DNA from: Magnetococcales bacterium
GTDB taxonomy: Bacteria; Pseudomonadota; Magnetococcia; Magnetococcales; JADFWT01
Assembly: GCA_015233785.1 (NCBI GenBank)
Contig: JADFWT010000001.1
Coordinates: 27,752 to 91,751 of the forward strand
Direction: 5' to 3'
DNA: 64,000 bases
The position numbers and the translations under genes are program-made. Positions 8,527-17,743 of the stretch are shown piece by piece. Below the pieces are notes generated by a model. That model searched no databases and had not been told where the DNA came from. It saw only the letters and a program-made list of their open reading frames with translations. Every line of letters starts with the position of its first letter. Within the stretch, counting starts at the first letter, position 1.

Positions 8527-8949
8527 CTAATCAACGCCCTTCTCCTGGAAAAAGGCCGAATACCTGACATCGTGATCGTTGATGTGCTCCAGTAACCACT
8601 TGGCGAGAAACGCCTTCACTTCGGTAAAACGACCCGCCTGCCGAGACTCAATCTGCTCCCGAAGCCGGTGCAGAGTATCAATCAGATCTGCATGCTGTTT
8701 AAGGTGCTCTTCCAACTGAGGATAATCGTACGCACGCATCAGCTCCTCTTCCGCCTTGAAGTGAATCTGCGTGTATTTGTCGAACCGCTTAAAGATGGAG
8801 TCCAGTTGGTCCCACTCATCCTCCTCCGCTTCACGCTCGGCAAAACGGTCAGAGAGCCTGTTGAACTCCTGGACATAGAATAGAAGCCGTTGATGATCTT
8901 TATTAAAACGCTCAACACCAACATCGGCAACAAACAGATTCGACATCAC
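8527..8949 (-). CDS. Bacteriohemerythrin (hemerythrin-like metal-binding protein)
   Basis: 140-aa ORF with the spaced His/Glu/Asp ligand pattern of hemerythrins (DHQRLL ... HFKAEEELM ... YPQLEEHLKQH ... WLLEHINDHDVRY). Confidence 0.85.
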   Translation of the reverse strand: MMSNLFVADVGVERFNKDHQRLLFYVQEFNRLSDRFAEREAEEDEWDQLDSIFKRFDKYTQIHFKAEEELMRAYDYPQLEEHLKQHADLIDTLHRLREQIESRQAGRFTEVKAFLAKWLLEHINDHDVRYSAFFQEKGVD

Positions 8950-9081
8950 TTCCTCTCACACTTGGCGGGGCATGGTTTGATCCCTCAAGATCAATTATAC
9001 GCCTGAACTATGCATAAAGGTAGTTATTGCACCGCCCAAGAGAGAAAATAGGGCCTTTTATCTCGTGATGCCTGCCAAACC

Positions 9082-9109
9082 TTGATCCCTTCCAGTATCT
9101 TAATAATTT
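9082..9109 (+). promoter_or_regulatory. Candidate sigma70-type promoter for the first TPR-GT41 array
   Basis: TTGATC (9082-9087), a 16-nt spacer, then TAATTT (9104-9109), about 24 nt upstream of the ATG at 9133. This is a sequence match only. Confidence 0.3.
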
Positions 9110-9132
9110 GTACCCAATGCTCACTGACCGCG

Positions 9133-11358
9133 ATGCCGCTCATGAATCCAATGGCCCCGAATCAAAACCAGCCCAATGCCCATCAGGCCCTCTCCATAGC
9201 AGATGCCCTGGCTCTGGCCATGCAGCACCACCAAAGTGGGAACCTCCCTCAGGCCGAAGCGCTTTATCGGCAGATTCTGGCCACGGACCCCCACCACCCG
9301 GATGCCCTCTATCTACTCGGCATCCTGGCCCAACAGGCAGGGCAACCCACTCAGGCGCTATCCACCCTCAAGCAACTAACCCGGCGCCAACCCAAGTTGG
9401 GACAGGCCTGGTGCGCTTTGGGCGGCGTCCAGAGGGATCTTGGCCAGCTTGCTCAGTCACTTAAAAGCTTGCGCAAGGCACTCTCCATAGCCCCACAGGA
9501 TGCAGAGAGCCGCATGAGCCTCGGCATCACGCTGGGGGCCATGCAACGACTGCCGGAAGCCAAAGCCGCCTTTGATCGCTGCCTGCAGATCGAACCCAAC
9601 CACGCCGAAGCCCACAACAATCTTGGGCTGATCCAACAGCAGCAGGGAGAAACGGAAAAGGCACTGGCCAGCTTTCAACGCGCCATTGAGTTGCAACCGG
9701 ATATGGTGGCGGCCATGAACAACCTGGGAAGCGTTCTACATGCCCAAGGCGCGCTCGAAGAGGCCCGACAGTGGCTGGAAAAAGCGTTGGCCATCCAGCC
9801 GGACCATGGAGATGCCCTGCGCAATACGGGTCATCTATTGCGGGACATGGGGCATGACGACGAGGCCCAGAGCCGATACCAACAAGCACTGGACCTCTAC
9901 CCCCAATGGCCGGAACCCCATGATGATCTGGGCCGACTGCACCAGAAGATGAAACGATTCGATCAGGCCATCGCCTGCTATCAGGAGGTTCTCTCCCGTC
10001 AGCCGGACCATACTGAAGCCCACCACAATCTCTCGGTACTCTTCACCCACTTGGGCCAGTTGGATCAAGCGCTGAATCATGCCCAACAGGCCGCCGAACA
10101 TAGCGGGCTGTTTCGGCGCTGGAAAAATCTGGTCAATCTGATGCTGCTGCACCCCGATACGGACCATCAGCCACTCTATGCGACCTGCCGTGAGGCAAGC
10201 CGACGGGCGGTGATCAAACCCAAACGCAAGGCGGCCCGCCCACCGTCCCCATCCGGCAGAGTGCGCATCGGCTATCTCTCCTCCGATTTTCGTGATCATC
10301 CGGTAGGACGCAACGTACTGCCGCTCATCACCCACCATGATCGGAACAGCTTTGAAATATTCTGCTACGCCGAACCCCGGCAACAAGATGACATCACCAG
10401 GCAGTTCAAGGAGCTGGCGGATCATTGGCGCCCTATCCAAAACCTGAGCGACCAGGAAGTAGCCCGGCAGATCACCAGCGATGGCATCCACATGATGATC
10501 TACCTGGGGGGCATGTTTGACGAAAACCGCTTCACCATCGCCGCCCTACGTCCGGCCCCGCTCCAGCTCAGCTTTCACGGCGGCTCAACCACCGGATTGG
10601 ATGCCATGGACTACTGGATTACCGACAGCACCCTGCACCCTCCCAATCAGAGCCGGGAACAGTTCTCCGAATCGTTGCTGCGTCTGCCGGTTTTCTACAA
10701 CTACCCGCCCCTGGCCGAGACCCCGGATGTGACCCCTCTTCCAGCTCTGGAGAGAGGCTTTATCACCTTTGCCTCCCTTAACAATCCCGACAAGATCAAC
10801 GATGCCGTGATGGCCGCCTGGGGGAAGATTCTCAGCCAGCTCCCCAAGGCCCGTCTGCTGCTTAAATATCGGGATCAACTGGCCATTCCCACGCTCAAAA
10901 TGAACCTCCTTGCCCGCTTCGAAGCCCAAGGCATCTCTCCAGACCGCCTCACGCTGCTCAGCGGCCACGAAGATCACGCCACCCATCTGGCCCACTACCA
11001 GCAGGCCGATATCGCGCTGGACACCTTCCCCTGTACCGGCGCCACCACCACCTTTCAGGCACTCTGGATGGGCGTGCCGGTGGTGACACTGCTTGGCGCG
11101 CGCTTTATCGGGCGCATGGCCGGGGATATCGTGGTGCATGCCGGCGTGACTGAACTGGCTGAGTTGGCCGTTGAGACTCCTGCGGAGTATGTATCTCGTG
11201 CTGTCGCGCTTGCGGAGGATCTGCCCCGATTGGCCGGACTGCGGCATCATCTCCGAGCCGCCCTCTGCGCCTCCCCCATCTGCGATGGTCCCACCTATGC
11301 CAGGCAGATGGAGCAGGCCCTGCATACCATCTGGAATCAACGGGAGAATCAGGCATGA
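9133..11358 (+). CDS. TPR repeat protein fused to GT41 (OGT/SPINDLY-like) glycosyltransferase domain, paralog 1
   Basis: The ORF is open from TTG 9082, but I prefer ATG 9133 (MPLMNPMAP) by alignment with paralog N-termini. TPR units carry AEAHNNLG-type motifs. C-terminal domain motifs RIGYLSSDFRDHPVGRNVLPL and DIALDTFPCTGATTTFQALWMGVPVVTLLG align by eye with human OGT ([39 protein letters not shown]). Confidence 0.85.
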   Translation: MPLMNPMAPNQNQPNAHQALSIADALALAMQHHQSGNLPQAEALYRQILATDPHHPDALYLLGILAQQAGQPTQALSTLKQLTRRQPKLGQAWCALGGVQRDLGQLAQSLKSLRKALSIAPQDAESRMSLGITLGAMQRLPEAKAAFDRCLQIEPNHAEAHNNLGLIQQQQGETEKALASFQRAIELQPDMVAAMNNLGSVLHAQGALEEARQWLEKALAIQPDHGDALRNTGHLLRDMGHDDEAQSRYQQALDLYPQWPEPHDDLGRLHQKMKRFDQAIACYQEVLSRQPDHTEAHHNLSVLFTHLGQLDQALNHAQQAAEHSGLFRRWKNLVNLMLLHPDTDHQPLYATCREASRRAVIKPKRKAARPPSPSGRVRIGYLSSDFRDHPVGRNVLPLITHHDRNSFEIFCYAEPRQQDDITRQFKELADHWRPIQNLSDQEVARQITSDGIHMMIYLGGMFDENRFTIAALRPAPLQLSFHGGSTTGLDAMDYWITDSTLHPPNQSREQFSESLLRLPVFYNYPPLAETPDVTPLPALERGFITFASLNNPDKINDAVMAAWGKILSQLPKARLLLKYRDQLAIPTLKMNLLARFEAQGISPDRLTLLSGHEDHATHLAHYQQADIALDTFPCTGATTTFQALWMGVPVVTLLGARFIGRMAGDIVVHAGVTELAELAVETPAEYVSRAVALAEDLPRLAGLRHHLRAALCASPICDGPTYARQMEQALHTIWNQRENQA

Positions 11359-13538
11359 ATCCGCAACAGCCCATCACCCTTGAGCAGGCGTTGCAATGGG
11401 CCATCGACCACCATCAGGCGGGACGCTTTCAGGAAGCGGAGTCGCTCTATCGTCAGATTTTAAATGCCGACCCCAACCAGCCGGATGCCCTGCATCTACT
11501 CGGTGTCATGGCCCATCAGGCGGGGCAGGCCCAGGATGCCGTGCCGATGATCCAAAAGGCTCTGGCCCTGCGCCCCAGGCAGGCGGAAATGCATAACAAT
11601 CTTGGCAACGCCCTCCGGGATCTCGGCCAGATTGAAGCCGCGATTCAAAGCTGTCGTCGAGCCATTGCCCTCAAAAGACGCTTCCCAGAGGCGTACAACA
11701 ATCTGGGTACCGCGCTCTTGCAGCAAGGGGCCTTTCAGCAAGCCGTAAAGCAATTTCGCAAGGCACTCTCCCAGCAGCCGAACTATGTCGCCGCTCACAA
11801 AAACCTCGGCGTTGCCTTGCGCTCCCTGGGCAACACGGACGCGGCCATCGCCAGCCTGCGCCGGGCATTAAACCTCAAGCCCCACGACCCGGAAATTCAT
11901 ATCAATCTCGGCGGACTGCTCACCGAAACGGCACGCTTCGATGAAGCCATAACACATCTGAATCGAGCCGCAGAACTGGCCCCGGATCACCCGGAGAATC
12001 TACACAATCTGGCCCTATACCATCAGAGACAAGGGTGCTTGGCAGAAGCCATCTCCCACTATCACAAGGTGCTGGCGCACCGCCCCAAGGATGCCGAAGC
12101 ACACTTTAATCTGGCCCAGGCTCTGGATAAAAATCGACAATTGGAAGAGGCCATTCAGAGCTACCGGAAGGCCCTCACCTTGGATCCTGGCCATCTGGGC
12201 AGCCATGATAACCTGGCCATTGTGCTGAGCCGAACCGGTATGCTGGATGAAGCCTTGATCCACGCCGAACAGGCCGCCGCCGGCGGGCAGCCCGCCATGA
12301 TTAAAAACTGGCTCAACCTGCAACTCGCCCATCCCGAGACCACATATGATGCACTGTTTAAAGCCTGCGTGAACTGGCGCGATGCGGCCGTGGATCCGGC
12401 CTGCAAACCCTTGATCCGTCAGATGCCCAAGGAGACTCCACCCCGGCTAAAAATAGGCTACCTCTCCTCTGATTTTCGTGACCATCCGGTGGGGCGTAAC
12501 GTCGCGCCGCTGCTGATGAACCACGATCACGACCGGTTTGAAATCACCCTCTACGCCGAACCTCCCAGAGAGGACCACTGGACCGAGCGATTCCAGAAGG
12601 CCGCTGACCGATGGCAAAATATTGCCGGTCTCAGCGACCTTCAGGTAGCCCGGCGTATCCGCAAAGACGGCATCCACATCATGGTCTATCTGGCCGGGCT
12701 ATTCGATACCAACCGCGTACAGGTGGCCGCCCACCGCCCAGCCCCCATTCAGGTGAGCTACCACAGCGGCACCACCACCGCCCTGGAGCAGATGGATTAC
12801 TGGTTCACAGATGAGGCTCTGCACCCGCCGGAGGCTACCTCGGAACAGTTCAGCGAGACCCTGTTCCGCCTGCCCTGTTTTTACGCCTATCCAGAGCCGG
12901 AGCAGGCCCCACCCATCGAACCGCTCCCAGCGCGCCAAAATGGCTACGTCACCTTTGCATCCCTGAATAATCTAAGTAAAATCAATAATAAGGTTATCCA
13001 ACTATGGGCCGCAATTCTGCATGGTGCAGCCGATGCCAGACTGATGCTTAAATATCGGGATCACTTGGATATTCCCTATCTTAAACAATGCATCATAGAG
13101 AGATTCCAGAAGCACGATATCGATACCGAACGGCTGATTCTGATCAGCGCTTTGGAGGACCACCCAAGCCATATGGCCCGCTACCATCAGGCCGACATCG
13201 CCTTGGATCCCTTCCCTTTTACCGGTGCCACCACCACGTTTCAGGCGCTCTGGATGGGGGTGCCGGTGATCACCTTACTGGGAAAGAACTTTATTGGACG
13301 CATGGCAGGGGATATTTTAATCCATACCGGACTGAAAGAACTGGCAACCGAAAGCAGCGACGCCTATTGTAAACAGGCTCTGGCGCTGGCCGGCGACCTG
13401 GATCGCCTGGAGAGGCTACGTCATACGCTGCGCGATCAACTGCTCGCCTCTCCCATATGTCATGAAAATCAATACGCCCAGAGTGTAGAAAGCAGTTACC
13501 AAACTATGTGGCGACAACGAATGAAAGCGAGAACCTGA
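11355..13538 (+). CDS. TPR-GT41 (OGT-like) glycosyltransferase, paralog 2
   Basis: 727-aa ORF with an ATGA start/stop overlap with paralog 1. Motifs: KIGYLSSDFRDHPVGRNVAPL and DIALDPFPFTGATTTFQALWMGVPVITLLG. Confidence 0.9.
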   Translation: MNPQQPITLEQALQWAIDHHQAGRFQEAESLYRQILNADPNQPDALHLLGVMAHQAGQAQDAVPMIQKALALRPRQAEMHNNLGNALRDLGQIEAAIQSCRRAIALKRRFPEAYNNLGTALLQQGAFQQAVKQFRKALSQQPNYVAAHKNLGVALRSLGNTDAAIASLRRALNLKPHDPEIHINLGGLLTETARFDEAITHLNRAAELAPDHPENLHNLALYHQRQGCLAEAISHYHKVLAHRPKDAEAHFNLAQALDKNRQLEEAIQSYRKALTLDPGHLGSHDNLAIVLSRTGMLDEALIHAEQAAAGGQPAMIKNWLNLQLAHPETTYDALFKACVNWRDAAVDPACKPLIRQMPKETPPRLKIGYLSSDFRDHPVGRNVAPLLMNHDHDRFEITLYAEPPREDHWTERFQKAADRWQNIAGLSDLQVARRIRKDGIHIMVYLAGLFDTNRVQVAAHRPAPIQVSYHSGTTTALEQMDYWFTDEALHPPEATSEQFSETLFRLPCFYAYPEPEQAPPIEPLPARQNGYVTFASLNNLSKINNKVIQLWAAILHGAADARLMLKYRDHLDIPYLKQCIIERFQKHDIDTERLILISALEDHPSHMARYHQADIALDPFPFTGATTTFQALWMGVPVITLLGKNFIGRMAGDILIHTGLKELATESSDAYCKQALALAGDLDRLERLRHTLRDQLLASPICHENQYAQSVESSYQTMWRQRMKART

Positions 13539-15652
13539 TGAGCGAAGAGGATTTTGTTGAGCGGGAAATGTCCGTTGAAAGTGCGTTGTCGATGGGCATC
13601 TCTTACCATCAGAAAGGCAACCTGCAAAAAGCGGAGTGGCTCTATCGGAAGATTCTTGAAAAGGTTCCCGACAATCCCGATGCCCTCCACTTTTTGGGCG
13701 TCATCGCCTATCAGGTTAAACAGCCGGATGTCGCCATTCCGCTGATTAAAAAAGCCATTAAAATACGCCCCAATCACGCCGAATCCCATAGCAACCTGGG
13801 GGCGGCACTGCGGGATGCCGGCCAACTGGATGCATCTATCGCCAGCTGTCGCAAGGCACTGGAACTGCGTGCTAATTTCCCTGAAGCCCAGAACAATCTC
13901 GGTGCTGCTCTACTGCGTCAGGATAAATTGAATCGGGCCAGCGCGGCCTTTCGAACCGCCATTGCCCAAAACCCGGAATACCATGCGCCGCATAAAAATC
14001 TGGCCAATATTCTGCACCGTCAGGGCCGCTCGACAGAGGCCGCACTGAGCCTGGAAAAAGCCATCAATCTGAGCCCTAACGACCACGAATCTTACTGCAA
14101 CATGGCCACCATTCTTTCCGAACTCGGCCAGTTTCAAGCGGCCGTTGATCACGCTCAAAAAGCACTGAATCTCGCACCAACCAACGTCAGCGCCCACAAC
14201 ACCATGGGCCTCATCCTCAAAAAAGTCGGCATTCTTGATGACGCCGAAATTGCGTTTCGGAACGCCATCAGCATTGCCGACGGAGCAGGAATCAGCCATA
14301 GCAACCTGGGTGAGATTCTGCTTTCTCAGGGCCACCAGAAAGAGGCGCTGGCCTCCCATAAACGCGCACTGGATATCAAATTACGTGTCAACAACGTTAA
14401 AAACTATCTTCGCGCTTTGCACTATCAAGAGGGCCTGAGCAACGAAAAGCTCTATCGAAAATGCCGCAAGTGGACCAATAAACTGGTAAAATCCGAAACC
14501 ATCACCCCCATGCCTCCACCGCTGATGAAGGATAGCCCCGAGCGGCTGCGCATCGGCTATCTCTCCTCCGATCTGCATAATCATCCCGTGGCGTTCAACA
14601 TGCTTCCGGTGATGGAGAATCACAACCATGACCAGTTTGAGATCTTTATCTACTACGACTCACCCATAAGTGACACCCCCGACTCATCCATGCATGGCAC
14701 GCTGACAGATAGTTTCCAGCAGTATGCCGACCACTGGCGAACAGTGGGAGCGATCAATGACCAACAGATAGCCGAGAAGATCCGCGCAGACCGAATTCAT
14801 ATCATGGTCTACCTGGCCAGTACGTTTGATAATAACCGATTGCTGGTCCCGGCCTACCGGCCCGCACCGATTCAAGTCAGCTATCATAACTGCTCCTCCT
14901 CCACCATCAACCAGATGGATTACTGGCTCACCGACAGCGTGATCCATCCCCCTCTGGATACCGAAGAGCTTTTCTCCGAGGATCTGGTGCGGATGCCCCA
15001 ATTCTACATCTATCCACCGCCCATCAACCTGCCCGACCCAGGGCCGTTACCCAGTAAGAAAAACGGTTACATCACCTTTGTCTCCCTCAACAATCCATCC
15101 AAAATCACCGGGCAGGTGGTGGAGACATGGGGCCGCATCCTCAAGGCGGTACCCGATGCGCGGTTATTGCTGAAATATCGCAACTTTTATAAAAGCAAGG
15201 CGGTGCTCAAGCGCCTGAAAGAACGCCTCGAAGGGATGGAGATAGATCCAGAACGGCTGGAGTATCGCACCGCCATGGACGACCATCCCGACCATCTTGC
15301 CAACTATCTGGATGCCGATATCGCCCTGGATCCCTTCCCATTTACCGGGGCCACCACCACCTTCCAGGCGCTCTGGATGGGGGTGCCGGTGGTCACATTA
15401 ATGGGCAAGCGCTTCATCAGCCGCATGGCCACCGACATCATCGTCCATGCCGGACTTGAAGAACCCCTTGGTGCTGATAACCTGGATGAATATGTTCGCA
15501 AAGCCGTCGCACTGGCAGAAAACCCCACCCGCTTAGCCGAGCTGAGATCCTCTCTTAGGGAACGCATTGCACAATCTCCACTTGTGGACGGTCCACGTTA
15601 TACCCGTAACTTGGAGAAGACCTATCTAGAACTCTGGGACAAACGGCGCTAA
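13538..15652 (+). CDS. TPR-GT41 (OGT-like) glycosyltransferase, paralog 3
   Basis: The ORF is open from 13508. ATG 13538 (MSEEDF) overlaps the upstream TGA by 1 nt, so I prefer it. Motifs: RIGYLSSDLHNHPVAFNMLPV and DIALDPFPFTGATTTFQALWMGVPVVTLMG. Confidence 0.85.
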   Translation: MSEEDFVEREMSVESALSMGISYHQKGNLQKAEWLYRKILEKVPDNPDALHFLGVIAYQVKQPDVAIPLIKKAIKIRPNHAESHSNLGAALRDAGQLDASIASCRKALELRANFPEAQNNLGAALLRQDKLNRASAAFRTAIAQNPEYHAPHKNLANILHRQGRSTEAALSLEKAINLSPNDHESYCNMATILSELGQFQAAVDHAQKALNLAPTNVSAHNTMGLILKKVGILDDAEIAFRNAISIADGAGISHSNLGEILLSQGHQKEALASHKRALDIKLRVNNVKNYLRALHYQEGLSNEKLYRKCRKWTNKLVKSETITPMPPPLMKDSPERLRIGYLSSDLHNHPVAFNMLPVMENHNHDQFEIFIYYDSPISDTPDSSMHGTLTDSFQQYADHWRTVGAINDQQIAEKIRADRIHIMVYLASTFDNNRLLVPAYRPAPIQVSYHNCSSSTINQMDYWLTDSVIHPPLDTEELFSEDLVRMPQFYIYPPPINLPDPGPLPSKKNGYITFVSLNNPSKITGQVVETWGRILKAVPDARLLLKYRNFYKSKAVLKRLKERLEGMEIDPERLEYRTAMDDHPDHLANYLDADIALDPFPFTGATTTFQALWMGVPVVTLMGKRFISRMATDIIVHAGLEEPLGADNLDEYVRKAVALAENPTRLAELRSSLRERIAQSPLVDGPRYTRNLEKTYLELWDKRR

Positions 15653-17731
15653 ATGAACCAGCCTCTCACCATCGAACAGGCCTTCTCTCTGGCTGTTCAG
15701 CATCACGAAGCCGGAGAACTGGAGACGGCAGTAGGGATCTATCAACAGATTCTGACCGCCTCTCCCGGACAGCCCGATACACTGAACAACCTCAGTATCG
15801 CCCTCAAGGATCTGGGCGATCCAGAGGGCGCCGTAGCCTCTGCTAAAGAGGCCATTGCCGCCCGACGCAACTACCCGGAAGCCCACAATAATCTCGGCAA
15901 CGCCCTGCGAGAGACCGGCCGCTTGAAAGAGGCCGCCATCAGCTATCGGACCGCCCTGAAACAGCGCTCCCGATATGCCGAAGCCCATAACAATCTCGGC
16001 ATCGTAGAGAAAAGCCTGGGACGCATGAAAGAGGCGGTGATCAGCTACCGGAAGGCGCTGGCCATTCAGCCCCGGTTTCCCGAAGCTCTAAACAACCTCG
16101 GCAACGCCCTCATCGCACTGGGCGAGGTGGAACAGGCCCAAGCCTGCTTTGAAAAAGCACTGATCCAAAAGCCCGACTACGCCGAAGCCCATAACAACTT
16201 CAGCAACATGCTGCGAGAAGCGGGCGACTTTAAAGCGGCCATCAAGCAGGCAGAGCAGGCTCTGACACTGAAACCTGACTACGCCGAAGCCCACAATAAT
16301 CTGGCCGCTGCCCACAGCCTCAACCAACGTACCGATCTGGCCCTACCCCACTTTGAGAAGGCCCTGACCCTCAATCCCCAGCACGCCGAATCCCACAGCA
16401 ACCTTGGCAACAGCCTGACCCGACTGGGATGTTTTGATCAGGCTATGCACCACTATCAGGCGGCACTCACCTGCGATGCCGATCTGGAACGGGTGAAGAA
16501 TCTTGTCAACACCATGCTCTATGTGCCCGACCTACCTCAAAAAACCATCTTTGAGGCCCACCAGCGCCACATCAACGCTGCACTTCCGACCGGTATCGCG
16601 CCGCTGCTGAAACCGGGCCGGTTGCCACGCTTGGCGAAAGGAAATCGGCTCAAAATAGGCTATCTCTCCTCGGACCTCAGGGATCATCCGGTGGGGCGAA
16701 ACGTCCTGCCGCTACTCACCCATCATGATCCGAAACAGGTGGAGATTACCGTCTATGCCCAGTGGGATGCAGATGATGAGATCGCTCGTAAATTTAAACA
16801 GGCGGTGCAACGCTGGCGGCCCATCCACGCGCTGAATGACCAACAGGCAGCACAGCGAATCCATAAGGATGGTATCCATATTCTGGTCTTTCTGGCCCCG
16901 CTGTTCGACACCAACCGACCTCTGATTGCTGCCTACCGCCCCGCCCCCATCCAGGTGAGCTTTCACAATGGGGCCACCACCGGACTCGATGCCATGGACT
17001 ACTGGATCACCGACAACGTGCTCCACCCGGAAGGCGCCGTGCAGGAGTCCTTTACCGAACAGCTCTTTCGACTGCCGGTGTTCTACAACTACCCCCCCAT
17101 TGAAGATGCGCCGGATCTGTCGCCTCTACCGCTGGAGCGTCAAGGCCACGTCACCTTCGGCTCTCTCAACAACCCCTCCAAGATCAACACACAAGTCATT
17201 GACCTATGGGCCGGAATTCTCAACAAGATTCCAGATTCCCGGTTGATTCTCAAGTACCAGGATGCCCTGCATGATCCCCCGGTCAAAGCGCGCATTCTGG
17301 AGCAATTCGAAGGGCTGGGTATCCATGGGGATCGCCTGGAGTTGATCTGCGAAAAAGATGGACTCTCCCAGCATCTGGCGCTCTATCAACGCGTGGACAT
17401 TGCACTGGATCCATTCCCATTTACCGGGGCCACCACCACCTTCCAGGCGCTCTGGATGGGGGTACCGGTCATCACGCTACTCGGTGAGAGCTTTATCCAA
17501 CGCATGGCGGCGGACATCATCATCCATAGCGGCCTGCAAGAGCTGGCTGCGGAGAATAAGGAACAGTACCAATCCCTGGCGGTGGAACTGGCCAATGCCC
17601 CCGCTCGACTGGCAACCCTGCGTCAGGAGCTGAGACAACGCCTGATGGACTCTCCCATCTGCGATGCGTCGCGCTATGCCGAACATGTTGAACGGGCCTA
17701 TCTTGAGATGTGGCAGCGCCTGGATGGTTAA
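15653..17731 (+). CDS. TPR-GT41 (OGT-like) glycosyltransferase, paralog 4
   Basis: 692-aa ORF whose ATG directly abuts the upstream TAA. It has six consecutive TPR units with (Y)(A/P)EAHNNLG, plus KIGYLSSDLRDHPVGRNVLPL and DIALDPFPFTGATTTFQALWMGVPVITLLG. Confidence 0.9.
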   Translation: MNQPLTIEQAFSLAVQHHEAGELETAVGIYQQILTASPGQPDTLNNLSIALKDLGDPEGAVASAKEAIAARRNYPEAHNNLGNALRETGRLKEAAISYRTALKQRSRYAEAHNNLGIVEKSLGRMKEAVISYRKALAIQPRFPEALNNLGNALIALGEVEQAQACFEKALIQKPDYAEAHNNFSNMLREAGDFKAAIKQAEQALTLKPDYAEAHNNLAAAHSLNQRTDLALPHFEKALTLNPQHAESHSNLGNSLTRLGCFDQAMHHYQAALTCDADLERVKNLVNTMLYVPDLPQKTIFEAHQRHINAALPTGIAPLLKPGRLPRLAKGNRLKIGYLSSDLRDHPVGRNVLPLLTHHDPKQVEITVYAQWDADDEIARKFKQAVQRWRPIHALNDQQAAQRIHKDGIHILVFLAPLFDTNRPLIAAYRPAPIQVSFHNGATTGLDAMDYWITDNVLHPEGAVQESFTEQLFRLPVFYNYPPIEDAPDLSPLPLERQGHVTFGSLNNPSKINTQVIDLWAGILNKIPDSRLILKYQDALHDPPVKARILEQFEGLGIHGDRLELICEKDGLSQHLALYQRVDIALDPFPFTGATTTFQALWMGVPVITLLGESFIQRMAADIIIHSGLQELAAENKEQYQSLAVELANAPARLATLRQELRQRLMDSPICDASRYAEHVERAYLEMWQRLDG
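15875..16411 (+). repeat. 102-nt periodic intragenic tandem repeat (six TPR units) inside paralog 4
   Basis: The block GCCGAAGCCCA(C/T)AA(C/T)AA(C/T)CT and its variants recur at 15875, 15977, 16079, 16181, 16283 and 16385. The spacing is exactly 102 nt, i.e. 34 codons. Confidence 0.9.
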
Positions 17732-17743
17732 CCGGACCACGGA

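Noticed and set aside
8977-8994. FNR/CRP-like half-sites TTGAT...ATCAA upstream of the hemerythrin gene (TTGATCCCTCAAGATCAA).
   Set aside because: The half-sites are separated by 8 nt, not the 4 nt of the FNR/CRP-family consensus (TTGAT-N4-ATCAA). I cannot call this an FNR box. It remains only a 6-bp inverted repeat (TTGATC/GATCAA) of unknown meaning.
9835-11340. Long minus-strand ORFs (9835-10491, 10585-11340) antisense to TPR-GT41 genes. Similar ones occur at 12015-12332, 16712-17026, 50592-51401, 57384-57845 and 61679-62152.
   Set aside because: They mirror strongly supported plus-strand genes with clear family motifs. Their translations are low-complexity (Gly/His/Arg/Val-rich) with no recognisable domains. 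They are typical shadow ORFs of moderately GC-rich coding DNA.
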